64,000 bases of DNA from Octopus vulgaris (GCA_951406725.2 OX597837.1:17422001-17486000), one strand, 5' to 3'. Positions 1 through 13,180 are shown, counted from the stretch's first letter. Notes: generated by a model not told the origin, from the sequence alone. Program-made: numbers and translations.

Positions 1-462
1 CTACTACTACTACTACCACTACTACTACTACATCCCCTTTACACTACGCCATCATTAATACTGTACTGCACCGTCAGCATCACTGATCCCAACATTACCA
101 CCAGACCCAGATTAACTATTAAACTATATAACCATCTGCGCTTAAGGCAACAAGGGTATCGCAGCTTTACCGTGGTACAAATGATTAATTATAACAGTTT
201 AAAAACAACAACAACAAAAAAGTGCATTTTCTCCAGTTGCCATGGTTATATTTAAATAATCTACTTATATCACTTACAGCTATTCAGTGGCAAGTAAATA
301 AAATTTTAAAAAAATAGATTATATTAAAAATATAGTTTTAGGCCTGGGTGTTCGGGGGATAAAAAAATAACTAAATGGATATTTAATCTGTTATTTCACT
401 TTCTGAATGAGTAGTCAGACAACGGAAAGGGCACCGGTAGAATTAATTAGGCTCTGATCGCC

Positions 463-668
463 GCCACCACTACCACCACCACCATCACCATCACCACCAT
501 CACCACCATCACCACCATCACCACCACCACCACCACCACCACCACCATCACCACCATCACCACCACCACCACCACCACCACCACCACCACCACCACCACC
601 ACCACCACCACCATCACCACCATCACCACCACCATCCCCACCACCACCACCACTACCAACACTATCAC
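463..668. repeat. (ACC/ATC)n trinucleotide microsatellite
   Basis: Direct run of accaccacc/accatcacc; explains the poly-Val ORF 447..668. Confidence 0.95.
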
Positions 669-1089
669 TACACTACGCCCTCACCACCGCCACTACCACT
701 ATACTATCACTATCTGTACTAAAAGATGGCTACCTCCTTTACGCTACATCACACTATACTACACCATTACCACTATACTGAACGTGACACATTCATAGTT
801 GAGAGAAGAGGACATATTTGTGTATGGGCGAGGCGAGGGGAGTGGGGCACATACTGCAGCTATATTGAGAAGGGAATAAGTGGTGGTGATGGTGGTGGTG
901 GTGGTGGTGGTGCTGGTGGTGGTATGCGTATTAATATTTTCAGTGCTGTCAGTTGTGGCATTGTCAGTGACGGTTCTAATAGTAGTGGTTTGGCAGGGTT
1001 GTAAGTGGTTGTGATGCTGGATTGCAGGTCTATCCTTGTGCACAAGAGAAAGAGGTAAAACACTATCCTAGAACCAACTTTGACGGACC

Positions 1090-1330
1090 CACTATCTAGA
1101 CAGTGGTGACCTTTAATGAAGCTAGTGTTGTGAGGATGTCAGTAAGTCTCCATTTCAACAACGTTCCGAACGTAAAAGTCCATGGAATATAAATCTGGCG
1201 AGTATGGAAGCCACAGATTTGGTATCAAATGATCATAAAGATTGTCTGACATCCTTTCATAAGTTACGTGGGCTTTGTGAGAAGGTGCCGAAATTGAAAC
1301 ACGTATGGCCTACCGATAGTGCTGGGTAAC
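1090..1330 (-). mobile_element. Tc1/mariner transposase C-terminal fragment (degenerate)
   Basis: Minus strand reads GRPYVFQ..SAPSHKA (frameshifted) and LWLPYSPDLYSMDFYV, matching the QQDxAPxH and WPPxSPDLNPxD motifs. Confidence 0.75.
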
Positions 1331-1402
1331 TCTGAAGGTGGACGAGCTTTATACTGTACTCTACTACACTCCTGACGGAATATAAAATAACTATATACAA
1401 AC

Positions 1403-1573
<171 letters not shown>

Positions 1574-2353
1574 GGGGGTGGGAGAGAGAATGATTCAAAT
1601 AAACAGACAAAACTTGGGGTTTTAATGTACAAAATATATATACATGTATACATGCAAAAAGAGAAGCCAAACTTGACATTTTCAGATAATCAACAATCAA
1701 GTATGAAACTATATATGTGTTTTTATAGAGCAAACTTACTCAGATCACATAGACTCTCAAAGAATAAGTGCGGAGAAGGCATTACAACTCCGACAGCTGT
1801 TTCTGGGGGATCGGAGTTACTTCATAATATTGAATACCACCAAAGTCGATTTACTTTACCTTTCATCCCCCAGGGTCAATAAATAAAGTAGGCTATCAAT
1901 TACTGGGCTCAATAGTATCGATGCTTTTAATAACGGGATTTTTAGCTGATCAGTAATATATATATATATATATATAAAAATTATATTATTTTATTTATTT
2001 ATAGTTGCCTAGACGTTTTTATGTGTATGTATAGGGATATATATATAGGTGTGTGATTTAGTGTATGTAGTTAGATATGGTTATATATAATTAGGTATAT
2101 GTGTATGGGTGTATATATAGTTTATTATTATATTATTATTATTTTTTTGTTTTGTTTTATATTTTATATTTTATATTTTATATTTAATTGTTGATAGGTT
2201 TATTTTAGTTTATATATTGTTTATATATTGATTATATATGGATTATATATAGGTTATATATGGATTATATATTTATATTTTTTCATTCATACTTTAATTA
2301 TTTTAAAATCATTATTTTTATATTTTAAAATATTGATATTTTAGATTGGAAGT

Positions 2354-2396
2354 CCACCTGAAGATTGTCGATCAAGACAAGAAACAATTGTAGTGG
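2354..2396 (+). ncRNA. Minimal type I hammerhead ribozyme with canonical core
   Basis: ccac-CTGAAGA-ttgtc(gatcaa)gacaa-GAAA-caattg-TA-gtgg: 4-bp stem I, 5-bp stem II, palindromic stem III (acaattgt), GUA cleavage triplet. Confidence 0.85.
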
Positions 2397-2483
2397 CGGT
2401 TTTTTTGACTATTTATTAAAATTTTATGTATTGATTAAGTCTTTCCTTGTTTGTTTTGCAAAATAGTGGTTTTGTCTCTAATA

Positions 2484-2526
<43 letters not shown>

Positions 2527-2610
2527 AATCCAAACGGGAAACAAAAAACAACAACAATGGAACAATTACAGTATTATTATTAATAGGCGCTCAGGAAATG
2601 GAAGCAGGGA

Positions 2611-2648
2611 GGTATGACGTTTCGAGCGGAGCTCTTCGTCGGAAACAT
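2611..2648 (-). ncRNA. HHR-like motif, U4C core variant (CCGACGA), weak stem I
   Basis: Minus strand: gttt-CCGACGA-a-gagc(tcc)gctc-GAAA-cg-TC-atac; palindromic ACGT stem III. Confidence 0.6.
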
Positions 2649-2817
2649 AAAGAAGGAAGAGAGAGGAAAGAAAGATCCCAGAGCGGGCCACGGAGATAGA
2701 GAAAAAAACGACTGGTGTTAGGAGTTACACATGGTGAAAGGCGGATGTTTACGATAACAAGAGCAAAGTGGGTTTTTAAAGGCAAAAGAGTGGAGACAAG
2801 GTTGGTAACGCAACAGA

Positions 2818-5450
2818 TGTGTGTGTATGTGTGAGTGTGTGCGTGTGCGTGTGTGTATGTGTGTGTGTGAGGCGAGATAAAAAAACAAAAAATATATGTA
2901 TGTGTTAGTGTGTGCGTCTGTGTGTAGGCGTGTGAGGTAGGGCGAGACGGTGGTCAGCATAGCAGCAGCATAGCAGACAAAGGTCAGTAGTAAGAAAAGG
3001 GAGGAAGGAGGAAGGGAGGGGAAGGGGTAGGGCGTATGTAGCGTGCCAGCGTGTGTTGGGTAGTAGTGTGTGTGTGTGTCCAGTGTCGTGGTAGTATTAA
3101 TGGCGAGTAGATTGAATGTGTGTAAGAAGCAATGTGTGTGTATGTGTGCGCGTGTGTGTAACGAAAAAGGGGGGGTTAAGGAAAAGGACTCCAGCGGAGG
3201 GGAAGATGGAAGAGTGGTCCCGCGGAGACGGGCGTGGGAAAACCCAACGACAAGCGACATCCCAGGAACGGGCGGGAGGTCTCGTCGGGTCCAAGGGCGA
3301 GGTGCATGCGGCGCGCATGCGTGCGCGAACCGGCGCAAGCGCGTGTGTGCGCGCGCCTGCGAGTGTGCGCGTACGTATGTGTGTGTGTGGATGTGTGAGT
3401 GTGTCTGTGTGTATGTCTGGGTGGCAGTGTGTCCGATGAATGTATGTGAGTATGTGTGTATGTATGTGTGTGCATAGATGTATGTCCGTGTGTGTGTGTG
3501 TGTGTGTATGTGTATGAGTGTGTATGTATGTACGTGTGGGTGTGGGGAAGTGTGTGTATGTGCATGTGTGTGCGCGAACATACAGGTGTGTGAGTGAGTG
3601 CGTGTGTGTGTATGTATGTGTGAGTGTGTATGTATGTGTGTGTAGGATGCATGTATGTGTATGGGTGTATGTATGCGTGTGTGTATGTATGTATGTGTAC
3701 GTGCGTGTGTGTGTGTGTATGCGTGTAGGTGTGCGCGTGTGCATGCGTGCATGCATGTGCGTATGTGTGTGTGTGTGCATGTGTGTGGGTATATATGTAT
3801 GTGCGTATATGTGTGTGTATGTGCGTACATGTGTGTGTGTATGCATGTGTGTGTGTAGGTGTGTAGGCGTGTGTGTATAGGTGTATGTATGTAAGTATGT
3901 ATGGGTGTGTCCGTGTATGTGTGTATGTATGTGTGTGTATGTAGCTGTGTGGGCGTGTGTATATGTGTGTGTATGTAGGTGTGTGGGCGTGTGTATATAG
4001 GTGTGTGTATGTATGTCTGGGTGTGTCCGTGCATGTTTGTGTGTGTGTGTGTATGCATGTGTATGTAGGTGTGTGTGTACGTGTGTAATGTGTGTGTGTA
4101 TGCGTGTGTATGCGTGCGTGTGTGTATGTAGGTGCGTGTGTATGTGTGTGGGAGTGTAGGTGTGTGTGTGCGTGTGCGTGTTTATGTTGGTGTGTGCGTA
4201 TGTGAGTGTGAGTGTATGGGTGTTTGTCATGCATGTGTGTGCGCGTGCAGGTGAGTGTGTGTGTAAGTATGTGTGTGTGTATGTTTTTGTGAGTGTGTAT
4301 GTGTGTATGTCTGTGTGTATGTATGTGCGTATAGGAGTATGTAGGTATGTGTGTGTATGTATATGGGTGTATGTATGTATGTGTGTGTGTGCATGTGTAT
4401 AAGTATATGCGTGTGTGCGTATGTGTGTGTATGTGTATGTGTGTGTGTTTATGTATGTGTGTATGTATGTGTGTAGGCGTGAGTGTGTAGATGTATGTAT
4501 GTATGGGTGTGTGTCAGTGTGTGTTTGTGTGTGTGTAGGTAGATGTGTGTGTCTGAGTGAGGGTATGGCTGTGTAGGTGTGTGTGTATGAATGTAAGTGT
4601 GTGTGTATACAAGTGTAATGTATGTATGTAGGTGTGTGTGTGTGTGTATGTGTACGTGTGCGTATGTATGTGTGTGTGTGTATGCGTGTGAGTGTGAGTG
4701 TATGGGTGTATGTCTGTGTGTGTGTATGTCTGAAGTGGGTATGTGTGTGTATGTATGTATGTGTGTGTGTGCGGGTATGTGTGTGTGTGTATGTGTGTGT
4801 GTGAGTAGGTGTGCGTGTATGTATGTGGGTAGGGATGCATGCGAGTGTGTGGGTATGTATGCAAACATACGCATGCGCACATCCGAAGCAAGCCCCACAC
4901 ACACGAAGCGCGCTCACGCACACAACGCACAAGCAGTACAACGCAAGCCCAAAGGGGCCGACCGAGCCCCCAGCGCGCGCCAAGGCGCGCGAGCTCAAAG
5001 GCCCTCGAACGCCCCGCTACGCGGGAACCGAGGATCCATCAGCCAAAACCGGAAAGCAGAAAAGAGGGGGGCTGCCTGGATGCAAAAAGGTGTATGTGTG
5101 TGTGCATTCAGTGTACGGGTGTGCATGTGTGGGTATGTATGTATGTATGTGCCTACATGTATGTGTGCATGTGTGTGTCTGTGAAGTATGTACGTGCGGT
5201 GTGTGTGTGTGAGTGTGTGTGTATGTATGTGCGTATGTATGTGTGTGTGTATGTGTGTATGTATGTCTGTGTGTGTGTGTGTGTATGTATGTATGCGTGT
5301 GTGTATGTATGTATGTATGTGTGTGTGTATGTGCATGTGTGTCTGTAAGTGTGTGTGATTAAATGTGTGAATGTATGTACGTAGATGGGTCTACGTATGT
5401 GTGTGTGTGAACAGGCGTGTGGGAGGTAGGTGGGTGGGTGTGTGTGGGTG
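2818..5450. repeat. 2.6-kb degenerate (TG/TATG/TGCG)n low-complexity tract with two GC-rich islands
   Basis: Directly visible; source of the long His/Thr and Val/Cys pseudo-ORFs. Confidence 0.95.
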
Positions 5451-6418
5451 GTGTGTCCGAAAAAAAAAAAAAAAAAAAAACCGATCTCAAGAGGAGGGGG
5501 CTGTGTTAAGTCCGTGTGGGGTGGTAGTTTGTAGCGTGAAGATGTAGCGTTGCTCCAAGTGGAGCCTGGACAGTGGGCGACCATTGTGGGGGGCGAGACC
5601 AAACACTGAGATGTCATCTCGGGAATGGCCGGCCGAGCGGAAGTGGCGTGCGACGGGAGAAAAAGAGTGTAGGCGAACGTCCCTCAAGTGTTCAGTGAAA
5701 CGGTCGGACAACCGGCGTCCCGTCTGACCTACATACAGCATCCCGCATAGGATTGCATTTAATGCAGTAAATAAGGCCAGACGAGGTGCACGTAAAAGAG
5801 TGCCTAATGCGTACAGTATGCAGGTTGGAGCCGGTGACAGCGGTGGTGTTGGTGATGAAGGGGCAAGTGTTGCAGCGGGATCTAGAGCAAGGGAATGATC
5901 CGTGTGGGGCTGAGGGGGAAGGAGAGAGGGTGCTGTGGACCAGGAGGTCACGCAGATTGCGGGCTCGTTTGAAAGAGGACAGGGGTGGGTTAGGGGAAAT
6001 GGGGCGGGTGGTGGGATCAAGCTGGAGGCGACGGAAGGCACGTAGTATCTTGCGACGAAGGGGTAGGGTAGAGGGGTGGAAAAGGAGGTGGAAGGGGGGC
6101 GGTTGGGGGGGGGGGGGAAGGAGACAGGGCGGTAGTGCGGTCGATGCGACGGGCGCGGGTGAGGGCATCAGAGAGGAGTGTGGGTGGGTAACCTCGGAGT
6201 CTGAACATGCGGGCCAGGTATTGAGATTGGGTCTCGAAATCCTGGTCGCGGCTGCACAAACGTCGGAGGCGGAGGAACTGGGAGTAGGGGATGGCTCGTT
6301 TGGTGTGGAAGGGGTGGGAGGAAGAGAAGTTGAGATAGAGGTGGGAATCCGTAGGTTTAAAGAAGGCGGTGGTGGTGAGAGAGCTGGAGGGGTGATCGAT
6401 GCGGAGAGAGATGTCAAG

Positions 6419-6420
<2 letters not shown>

Positions 6421-6476
<56 letters not shown>

Positions 6477-6541
6477 ATATAATATAATATAATATAATAT
6501 AATATAATATAATATAATATAATATAATATAATATAATATA
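6421..6541. repeat. (TA)n followed by (TAATA)n
   Basis: Directly visible. Confidence 0.95.
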
Positions 6542-6880
6542 ACGTGTCTTGAATGGCACAATAATGTAGAGTGGACTATAATAACTGTTATAATTTAATT
6601 ATCCATACCTGATATCCCTTACTCAGAGATATCCCAGAAACAACTGTAAGATCTTCAATTTCTTCCTATAATAATATTGCATACGACTCGAGATGTTTGC
6701 TTTGCCTTAATTTTTACGTTCCTATTTAACAATAATATATCCGCTGCATCGGAAATCTACAATGGTTCCATAACTACCGTCCAGGCTATAACTATGGAGC
6801 CCCAGTAAACTGTAAAAGCACTTACCTAGTGTACCTAATCGTTTAGATCACCTGCAAACTTAACCCCCATACTCTGTATG

Positions 6881-6954
<74 letters not shown>

Positions 6955-6957
6955 TAC

Positions 6958-7003
<46 letters not shown>

Positions 7004-7019
7004 GTATATATATATATAG

Positions 7020-7191
7020 TTGGAATTTTAAAAAAAAACAAAAGACGAAGACGGGTGTGTAAACAACAAACAGATGTATTAGTTTAACGCTCGGAAAGTG
7101 AGAAAGTATTTTACATTTCGAGCCTACGCTCTTCAACAGAAAGGAACACAGAAATGAACAGAGAGAGAAAATAAAAAAAGGTTTAGTGGCT
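7020..7191 (-). mobile_element. Solo PLE terminal repeat with HHR-like motif (7109-7143, core CTGTTGA)
   Basis: Clearly homologous to 38330-38490, the 3' end of the PLE at 38318-40270. Minus strand: ttt-CTGTTGA-a-gagc(gtag)gctc-GAAA-tg-TA-aaa. Flanked by (TA)n. Confidence 0.75.
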
Positions 7192-7214
7192 ATATATATA
7201 TATAAATATATATA

Positions 7215-7992
7215 AATTTAAAAAATAAGGGTAAAAAAATTGAATATTAATTTGATTAAAATCAATTTAAATGACCTAGCACATTGAAAATTCTGAAGAT
7301 TCAGAAAGATTATATTACATATAAGAGGGATGACCACTGAGTGGACATCCAATATGCTAGAAGTAGACTCCATATGGTCTGACCACTAAGAATAGATTGT
7401 TCTCCAGAAAATTCAATAAACGCCAGAACGTAAGCAAAACACATGAAAAGATACAAAATATAATAATTAGTCATATACCCGATTTCATTTTACCACTTAC
7501 GTAAGTATATACGTAAATGTCCGCAATTCATCAGTTTGACCGTCATAGCAAAATATAACTTTCAGAACTGAAGACGAGACGTTCACAACGATAATGAACA
7601 TGCATATAGTTTTGCCGATTACATTTGGGGGTAAATTTCAAATGTCTCAGTTTTGGCGCGCCAAAAACCGGAAATTACTCTGCAGAAAATAATTTTCTGC
7701 AGTGAATCATGCCAGTTAGAGAACATGGTTATTTAAATTTAAATAATAAGGGTAAAAAATTGAATATTAATTTGATTAACATCAATTTAAACCAGTGGCC
7801 TAGTATATTGAAAAAAATTTGAAGACTCAGAAAAATTACATTACATATATAAGAGGGATGACTACTAAGAACAATCTTTTCTTAGCGGTCAGACTATATG
7901 AGGTAGACTTCTAGCATATTGGATGTCCACTTAGTAGTCATCCCTCTTATATGTATGTAATATAATTTTTCTGAATCTTCAGAATTTTTGAA
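7215..7992 (-). mobile_element. Non-coding HHR module: direct repeat (about 7220-7340 vs 7741-7868), inverted copy (7870-7990 vs 7286-7401), HHR at 7470-7540
   Basis: Repeats read directly. Minus-strand HHR: gtcaaa-CTGATGA-att...aat-GAAA-tcggg-TA-tatgac. Related sequence at 28651-28780. Confidence 0.75.
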
Positions 7993-8249
7993 TTCATTGT
8001 TTCTAATCTATGCTAACAATTTTTGAGGTCTAGTCGATTACAACAATTCCAAATCTTGACCAGTACTTTATTTTATCAACTCTGAAGGGCAAAAATTGAT
8101 TACGGTGGGATTTGAACTCTGAACAAAGAAATTATAAATTCAAAATACAAGAAAGAATACAAAATAAACTAATAATAATAATAAAAAAATGAAATTTATG
8201 CTAAAAATATCTCTAGGTGCTGGCACTTTAAACATATCATAGAAGACTT

Positions 8250-10321
8250 CCATTGGTATTACCTTTCGTTCTTCTGTGTGTTTCATCTTTATCTGGTCCA
8301 GGTGTCCCTTATGTCCCGAACGTTGTCCTTCAGTTAAACATATCATGTCACCTAATCATTTGATTACATAGCTATCCTTTTAATTTTCTTTACCATTTTT
8401 GTAATTTTTAAAATAAACTTTATCTCCTACTTCGAAATGTTTTGTAATTTTTCTTGTATTTCCTACAAAAGTATCGTTTGTCTTTCCTTTACATGTATTT
8501 TTTCCTGGCAATAATTTATCGAAGACCAATTTTCTTTAATGCGCGAGCTTTAACTTCTCTGCTGACTTTCCTGAATTAGTATTTGGGTTTCGCGTTGTTC
8601 CATATACTCTCAAAAATTTCGTTAGTGCCTCGTCATTATTTAGCTCGTTCCTAGCTTTTCTTAGAACTCTTTTCAACGTGTCGACAAATCTTTCCGCCTG
8701 CCCATTTGAACTCGGGTGGTAGGGAAGGGTAAAGATGTACATTATGGCATGCATTTTGCAGAATTTTCTTAATTCATATTTCGTGAGTTGTGTTCCATTA
8801 TCCGAAACTAACGTGTCTGGTACACCGTATCGAGCAAATAACTCGACTAATAACTTTATTGTTGTCATTGCTGTGTGTTTATTACATCTGTATACATCTG
8901 GTCACTTGTATAGCAATCTACAACGATTAGATAGTATGCGCCGTTCACAGGTCCATCATAGTCGATATGTATCCTTTTCTCTTTAACTCTTCAGACGAAT
9001 TATTTTTAGAGGGACAACCATTAGAGATCTATGGGGAGTCCCATAAATCGAATAATTCTAATTAATCGGTACCAACCAGATCGGTTGTATTTTTAATGAC
9101 GAAGACTTTCGCCTCGCATGTTTTCCCTCGAAATGTGATATTAGTCCACTTTTCGCTTATGAAATGTAATTTGTCGCTCGTCATGCTACGAGCAGATTTC
9201 GCTGTTTTTCTCAACATAAGTTTCCCTATTTTCTTCCACATCTCAATATTTACTATTGAAATATCACTTTTAACGTTTGACCTTCGCAATTTTGTTCTGC
9301 AGTGTGAATTCTTGTGAATCTGTTACATTTTTGCTTTGTAAACGGACTGTCTTTTCTGAAATGTATGCCACCACATCCATAACATGGATTAGATATGGCG
9401 CTCATTTCTGGTTGTACTTTTGTGGTCGGTATATCTGTATTTTTGTGGAATCCTTTTCTTGAATTTTGAAAAATTTCCACACATCCTGTTGACTGTTCCT
9501 GCGTATGTGATAAAATCATCATTCTCTCTTTTCGTTATATTCCAACTCACCATTCGAGTGTTAAATAGAGAAGTTTTATCCTCGAATATGTTAGACAGTA
9601 AATTCTATTGTTTCTTTAAAACAAATTTCATTGAGATTTTTGGGCTATATAAAATTACAGTAACGTTCTTGCTCTAACGGAGTTAATTTTCGCAATAACA
9701 ATCTCACATTTTGTTTGTCCGACCATGAGTTGAAATCTTGCTTAAAACTCTCCCCTTACCTTCTGTTGTACGATGCAACAGTTATACCCTACTCTAGGTT
9801 TAACTGAATTCATTAATCGAATTCGATTCACCGTCTGAACTTGTTTGAATATAACTCCAATAATAGTTACTGCTGCGATAGTTGCTTCTTCAACTCCTAT
9901 TGCTGTTCTTGTTGTTGCTTTTTCAACTGTACTATGGAAGCTAATAAGTATTCCATTATTTAACAAGTTGTATCACGAACAACTTGTTAAATAACCAACG
10001 TAAGCTTCGAAAACCTCGTCATCAGATATTGTAACCTAATTTGTTACGTACAATAAATAAGACAACCAGACAACAGTAAACAACAATATAACGAACTAAG
10101 AAATCTCTTTACGAACCAACAATCAATATTCCTTGTGAATTAACCTACCAACATCTTCCGACTTCACTGCGAACTAACAGGAACTTCACGTGACTCCGAA
10201 CTCTGAACTTATGAACGCACTCGGATCGTTACTGTTTATACTTTACATGGACCAGTCTATCTCTCGTAAGGGGGCGTCGTAACTATCAAAACAACAATAA
10301 TAATAGTAAATATTCAATACA
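8250..10321 (-). mobile_element. Decayed Ty3/Gypsy-type LTR retrotransposon remnant: probable LTR about 10030-10321, gag zinc knuckle, integrase core; RT/RNaseH apparently deleted
   Basis: ORF 8536..8868 LFARYGVPDTLVSDNGTQLT..PYHPSSNGQAERFV (integrase core). ORF 9253..9522 CYGCGGIHFRKD. Minus-strand ...gttaca followed by a degenerate PBS-like tgatgacgagg at about 10015-10025. Confidence 0.85.
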
Positions 10322-10679
10322 TGTGAGACGAACTTAACCTCGCTAGTGTCAAGGAAGAATATTATAATAATTCTGCTTGTCATTCCGTTTGTCATTGCTT
10401 GTCATTGCTTAGCTTGTCAGAAACTCTTTCTCGTGATTAGAGAAAAAGAGGAGGAAAGAAAAGAGGGAGAGAGAAAAAGAGGGAGAGAGATAAGGGGGAG
10501 AGAGATAGGAGGGAGAGAGAAAAAGAGGAAGAGAGAAGCATCCATGACGTGAGGTAGAGGGAATGTAATTGTAACGCTTTCATTTGATTAGGTGAAGGAA
10601 AAGAGAGGAGAAAGAAAAAGAAGAGTGAAAAAGAGGATAAGGCGAACCACTTACGAGAGATAGACTGGTCCGTGTAAAG

Positions 10680-10860
10680 TATACCACCATCTACATAAAT
10701 TGCACATATCTTTTTTGCTGTTTGTATAGCATTTTTTCCTTTCCGGAAATAAAAGAGCATCAAATGACGAAAGTGTATCTCTTTTACCTCCGTCTTCCCT
10801 TTTAATGTAAAAAAAAGCAGTAGAAATAAACTATCCATACAGTAATCATATAGAAAGACG
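10680..10860 (-). mobile_element. mariner transposase N-terminal HTH fragment
   Basis: HFRHLMLFYFRKGKNAIQTAKKICAIY in ORF 10437..10877. Confidence 0.8.
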
Positions 10861-10929
10861 TGTTGAAATACTGCCACCTTTCAGAGTGCCACTGTCACAA
10901 TATAACTTGGTTCTGTTCGCTGAATCATA

Positions 10930-12960
10930 AAAGGAAAGCTAACTTTGACGGTAGTAATTAATCTATTAAGCCAGACCTGCTTGATAAAGCAATCACTTTT
11001 GCGGAGAATTTTACTTATACTTTAGAGAAAAATATTTTTACCGCAAGGACGTGGACCCGATGTAACCTTCAAGACGACTTTGATACTACAATGGGAAGCT
11101 CGGACTCTGCCCAGGTCACTGATACTGTCGGCCTATTCTTACTTCAAAATTAAGGAAGAATTCTTTACTATCAGCGGAGGTTTGTATAGAGACAATTCAT
11201 TATTCGCTATTTCCATCTCCTCTGCACAAGCAACTGATAGGGTAAAGAAAGGATTAATAAAATTTTTGAAGTTATATAACTTAACTATATTTGAAAATGT
11301 CACTGCGTTGGCATATTGGACGTAACATTAAATTTAGATGGTAGCTTATTTCACTCTGACCATAAGTATAATAAAACCATTAAGTATATCCACGCCTTAT
11401 CAAATTATCCCCAAAGTGTTATTAATGGGGGTAGTCAAAGGTGTGTCGATAAGAATCTCTAACTTATCTGCAAACAAAAACATTGTTTGTAACTTTGCAT
11501 CCTTTTATAATAAAGCATTGAAGGACAGTGAATTCAATAGAACAATAGAAAGATATTAAGAATACAATATTTAAATATTAGTTAAACGTTTTCCAAATAT
11601 TGCGAAATTAAACATCGACATACCTCCCATGAACACCCCCCCCCCCCCAGCATAAGAACCGACATCATAATGGAAGATACTATAAATCAGTTAATTATAA
11701 TAATAATAACTATACTGGGCAAAGTAGAAAGAACTCGGTGAGGAAAAGGGAAATTATCTGGTTCACCCCCTCCTTTTTCGCTCCAAGTCAGAAACCTCCC
11801 TAAATTATTTTTAGGATTATTGACAGGAATTTCTCATTAGGCCATAAATATCATTTCCATCTTTAATAGGTCCCGCTTTAAATTATCGTACTCAACCACG
11901 CCCAACCTAGGATCTATAATTGCGGCCAACAATAGATTTAAACTCAGAAATAATAGTATTGATAGAGATGACAATATAGCTGACCTTAATATGAAGAATA
12001 ATAACAAGAATCCTGATATTAAAAATATAAAGGCGAAGCATGGAAATAAAATATGTAATTGCCGTAACAGGGAATTATGCCCCCTAAGGGGATTCTGCTT
12101 AAAGAGAAATGTCATATATAAAGTTGAGGTTTCAACCCTTAGTGAATCAAAAAAGATTTACACAAGAAGTACGACTGATTTTAAAACTAGATATAGGGCA
12201 CACACAAATTCATTTATTATTCAAGACACAAAAAATTCAACTGCACTAGCTACTCAAATAAATAAATTAAAAATGCGCAATAAAGAATTCAGTCTAGATT
12301 GGTCTATTATAACGGAAACCACACCATAAAATGCACACACCAGAAGCTGCAAATTATGCACAAAAGAAGCGATCTGTATACCCCATGTTGGCAAAAAAAA
12401 AATTTTACCTAACAAGATCTCGGATGTCATTATTCTTTGTAGACATAAATATTTATCAACTTAAATAAAAAAAGTTTTTAATTAGTTTATATAATTTTAA
12501 CCTAGTTACCCTTTATGTATTTGGATTCATCTTAAAACATTATTGTCTATAGTTTCATAATTTATTTAAACGTGTAATTTTAACTCATATTATATCATCC
12601 ACCTGAACAATAAGTTCTGACACAGAATTCAGTTTTTTAAAATTCTTAAATTTCTCATGTTGCTTAAAAGTTTAAGATTTAAATAACTCTTTTATAAATC
12701 CTTTAGATTAACTCTGATGATAGAAATATAGATGATTGTTATGTTTGGAATACCAACCTATATCTTCTCGAAACGGCCGTCAGACATTGCACCTGCTCAA
12801 GATTACTTTTAAAATAATTTTATACCAATAATTTTATATTTGGATTACCTCTATACATTCACCATCCGCATATTTTAATATGCTCATTGATTTTAATACG
12901 GACACACAACCTCGCAAGTACATTTATGCGTTTTTATATATTTATACATTTATAAATTTT
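10930..12960 (+). mobile_element. Degenerate Penelope-like element (RT, GIY-YIG, 3' region with HHR)
   Basis: GGLYRDNSL (YRDD-like), LDVTLNL, ISNLSAN, and CNCRNRELCPLRGFCLKRNVIYKVEV..KIYTRSTTDFKTRYRAH..STALA..WSII; many stops and frameshifts. Confidence 0.85.
12709..12785 (+). ncRNA. HHR motif in the PLE 3' region
   Basis: ct-CTGATGA-tagaaatatag...ctatatcttctc-GAAA-cggccg-TC-ag: canonical core, palindromic stem III acggccgt, long stem II, stem I eroded to about 2 bp. Confidence 0.7.
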
Positions 12961-13077
12961 TATATTATATCTTGTGTATATGAATACACTTATGTATGCT
13001 GTGGAGTATTCCGACGCTTTGAAATATATAGTGTGAATATGAACACTGACCTTTGAAATTTGTTCTCTCTTTTTTGG

Positions 13078-13180
<103 letters not shown>

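Larger units (their letters stand above)
2521..6420 (-). mobile_element. 5'-truncated Penelope-like element: RT C-terminus and GIY-YIG (5487-6420, frameshifted), long (CA)-rich 3' region, terminal repeat with HHR-like motif
   Basis: ORFs 6017..6559, 5692..6561 and 5487..6041 give FLDISL..FKPTDSHLYLNFSSSHP..IPYSQFLRLRRLCS, CSRSRCNTC..FTCTSSGLIYCIKC and LYVGQTGRRLSDRFTEH..EQRYIFTLQT..PHGLN. The 5' end abuts (TA)n at 6421. Including 2521-5486 is inferred from the parallel layout at 38318-40270. Confidence 0.85.

Noticed and set aside
3250-3296. Minus-strand CCGACGA-gac...gtc resembling an HHR start; also CTGATGG near 5040
   Set aside because: No GAAA or stem III follows in either case.
2718-5348. 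Long His/Thr- and Val/Cys-rich ORFs (up to 633 aa)
   Set aside because: Translations of (CA)/(TG) microsatellite, open in several frames on both strands; the same applies to the YI/IY ORFs throughout.
6600-6660. gatatc...gatatccca-GAAA-caactg-TA, possible HHR 3' half
   Set aside because: No CUGANGA core or stem I; too degraded to call.
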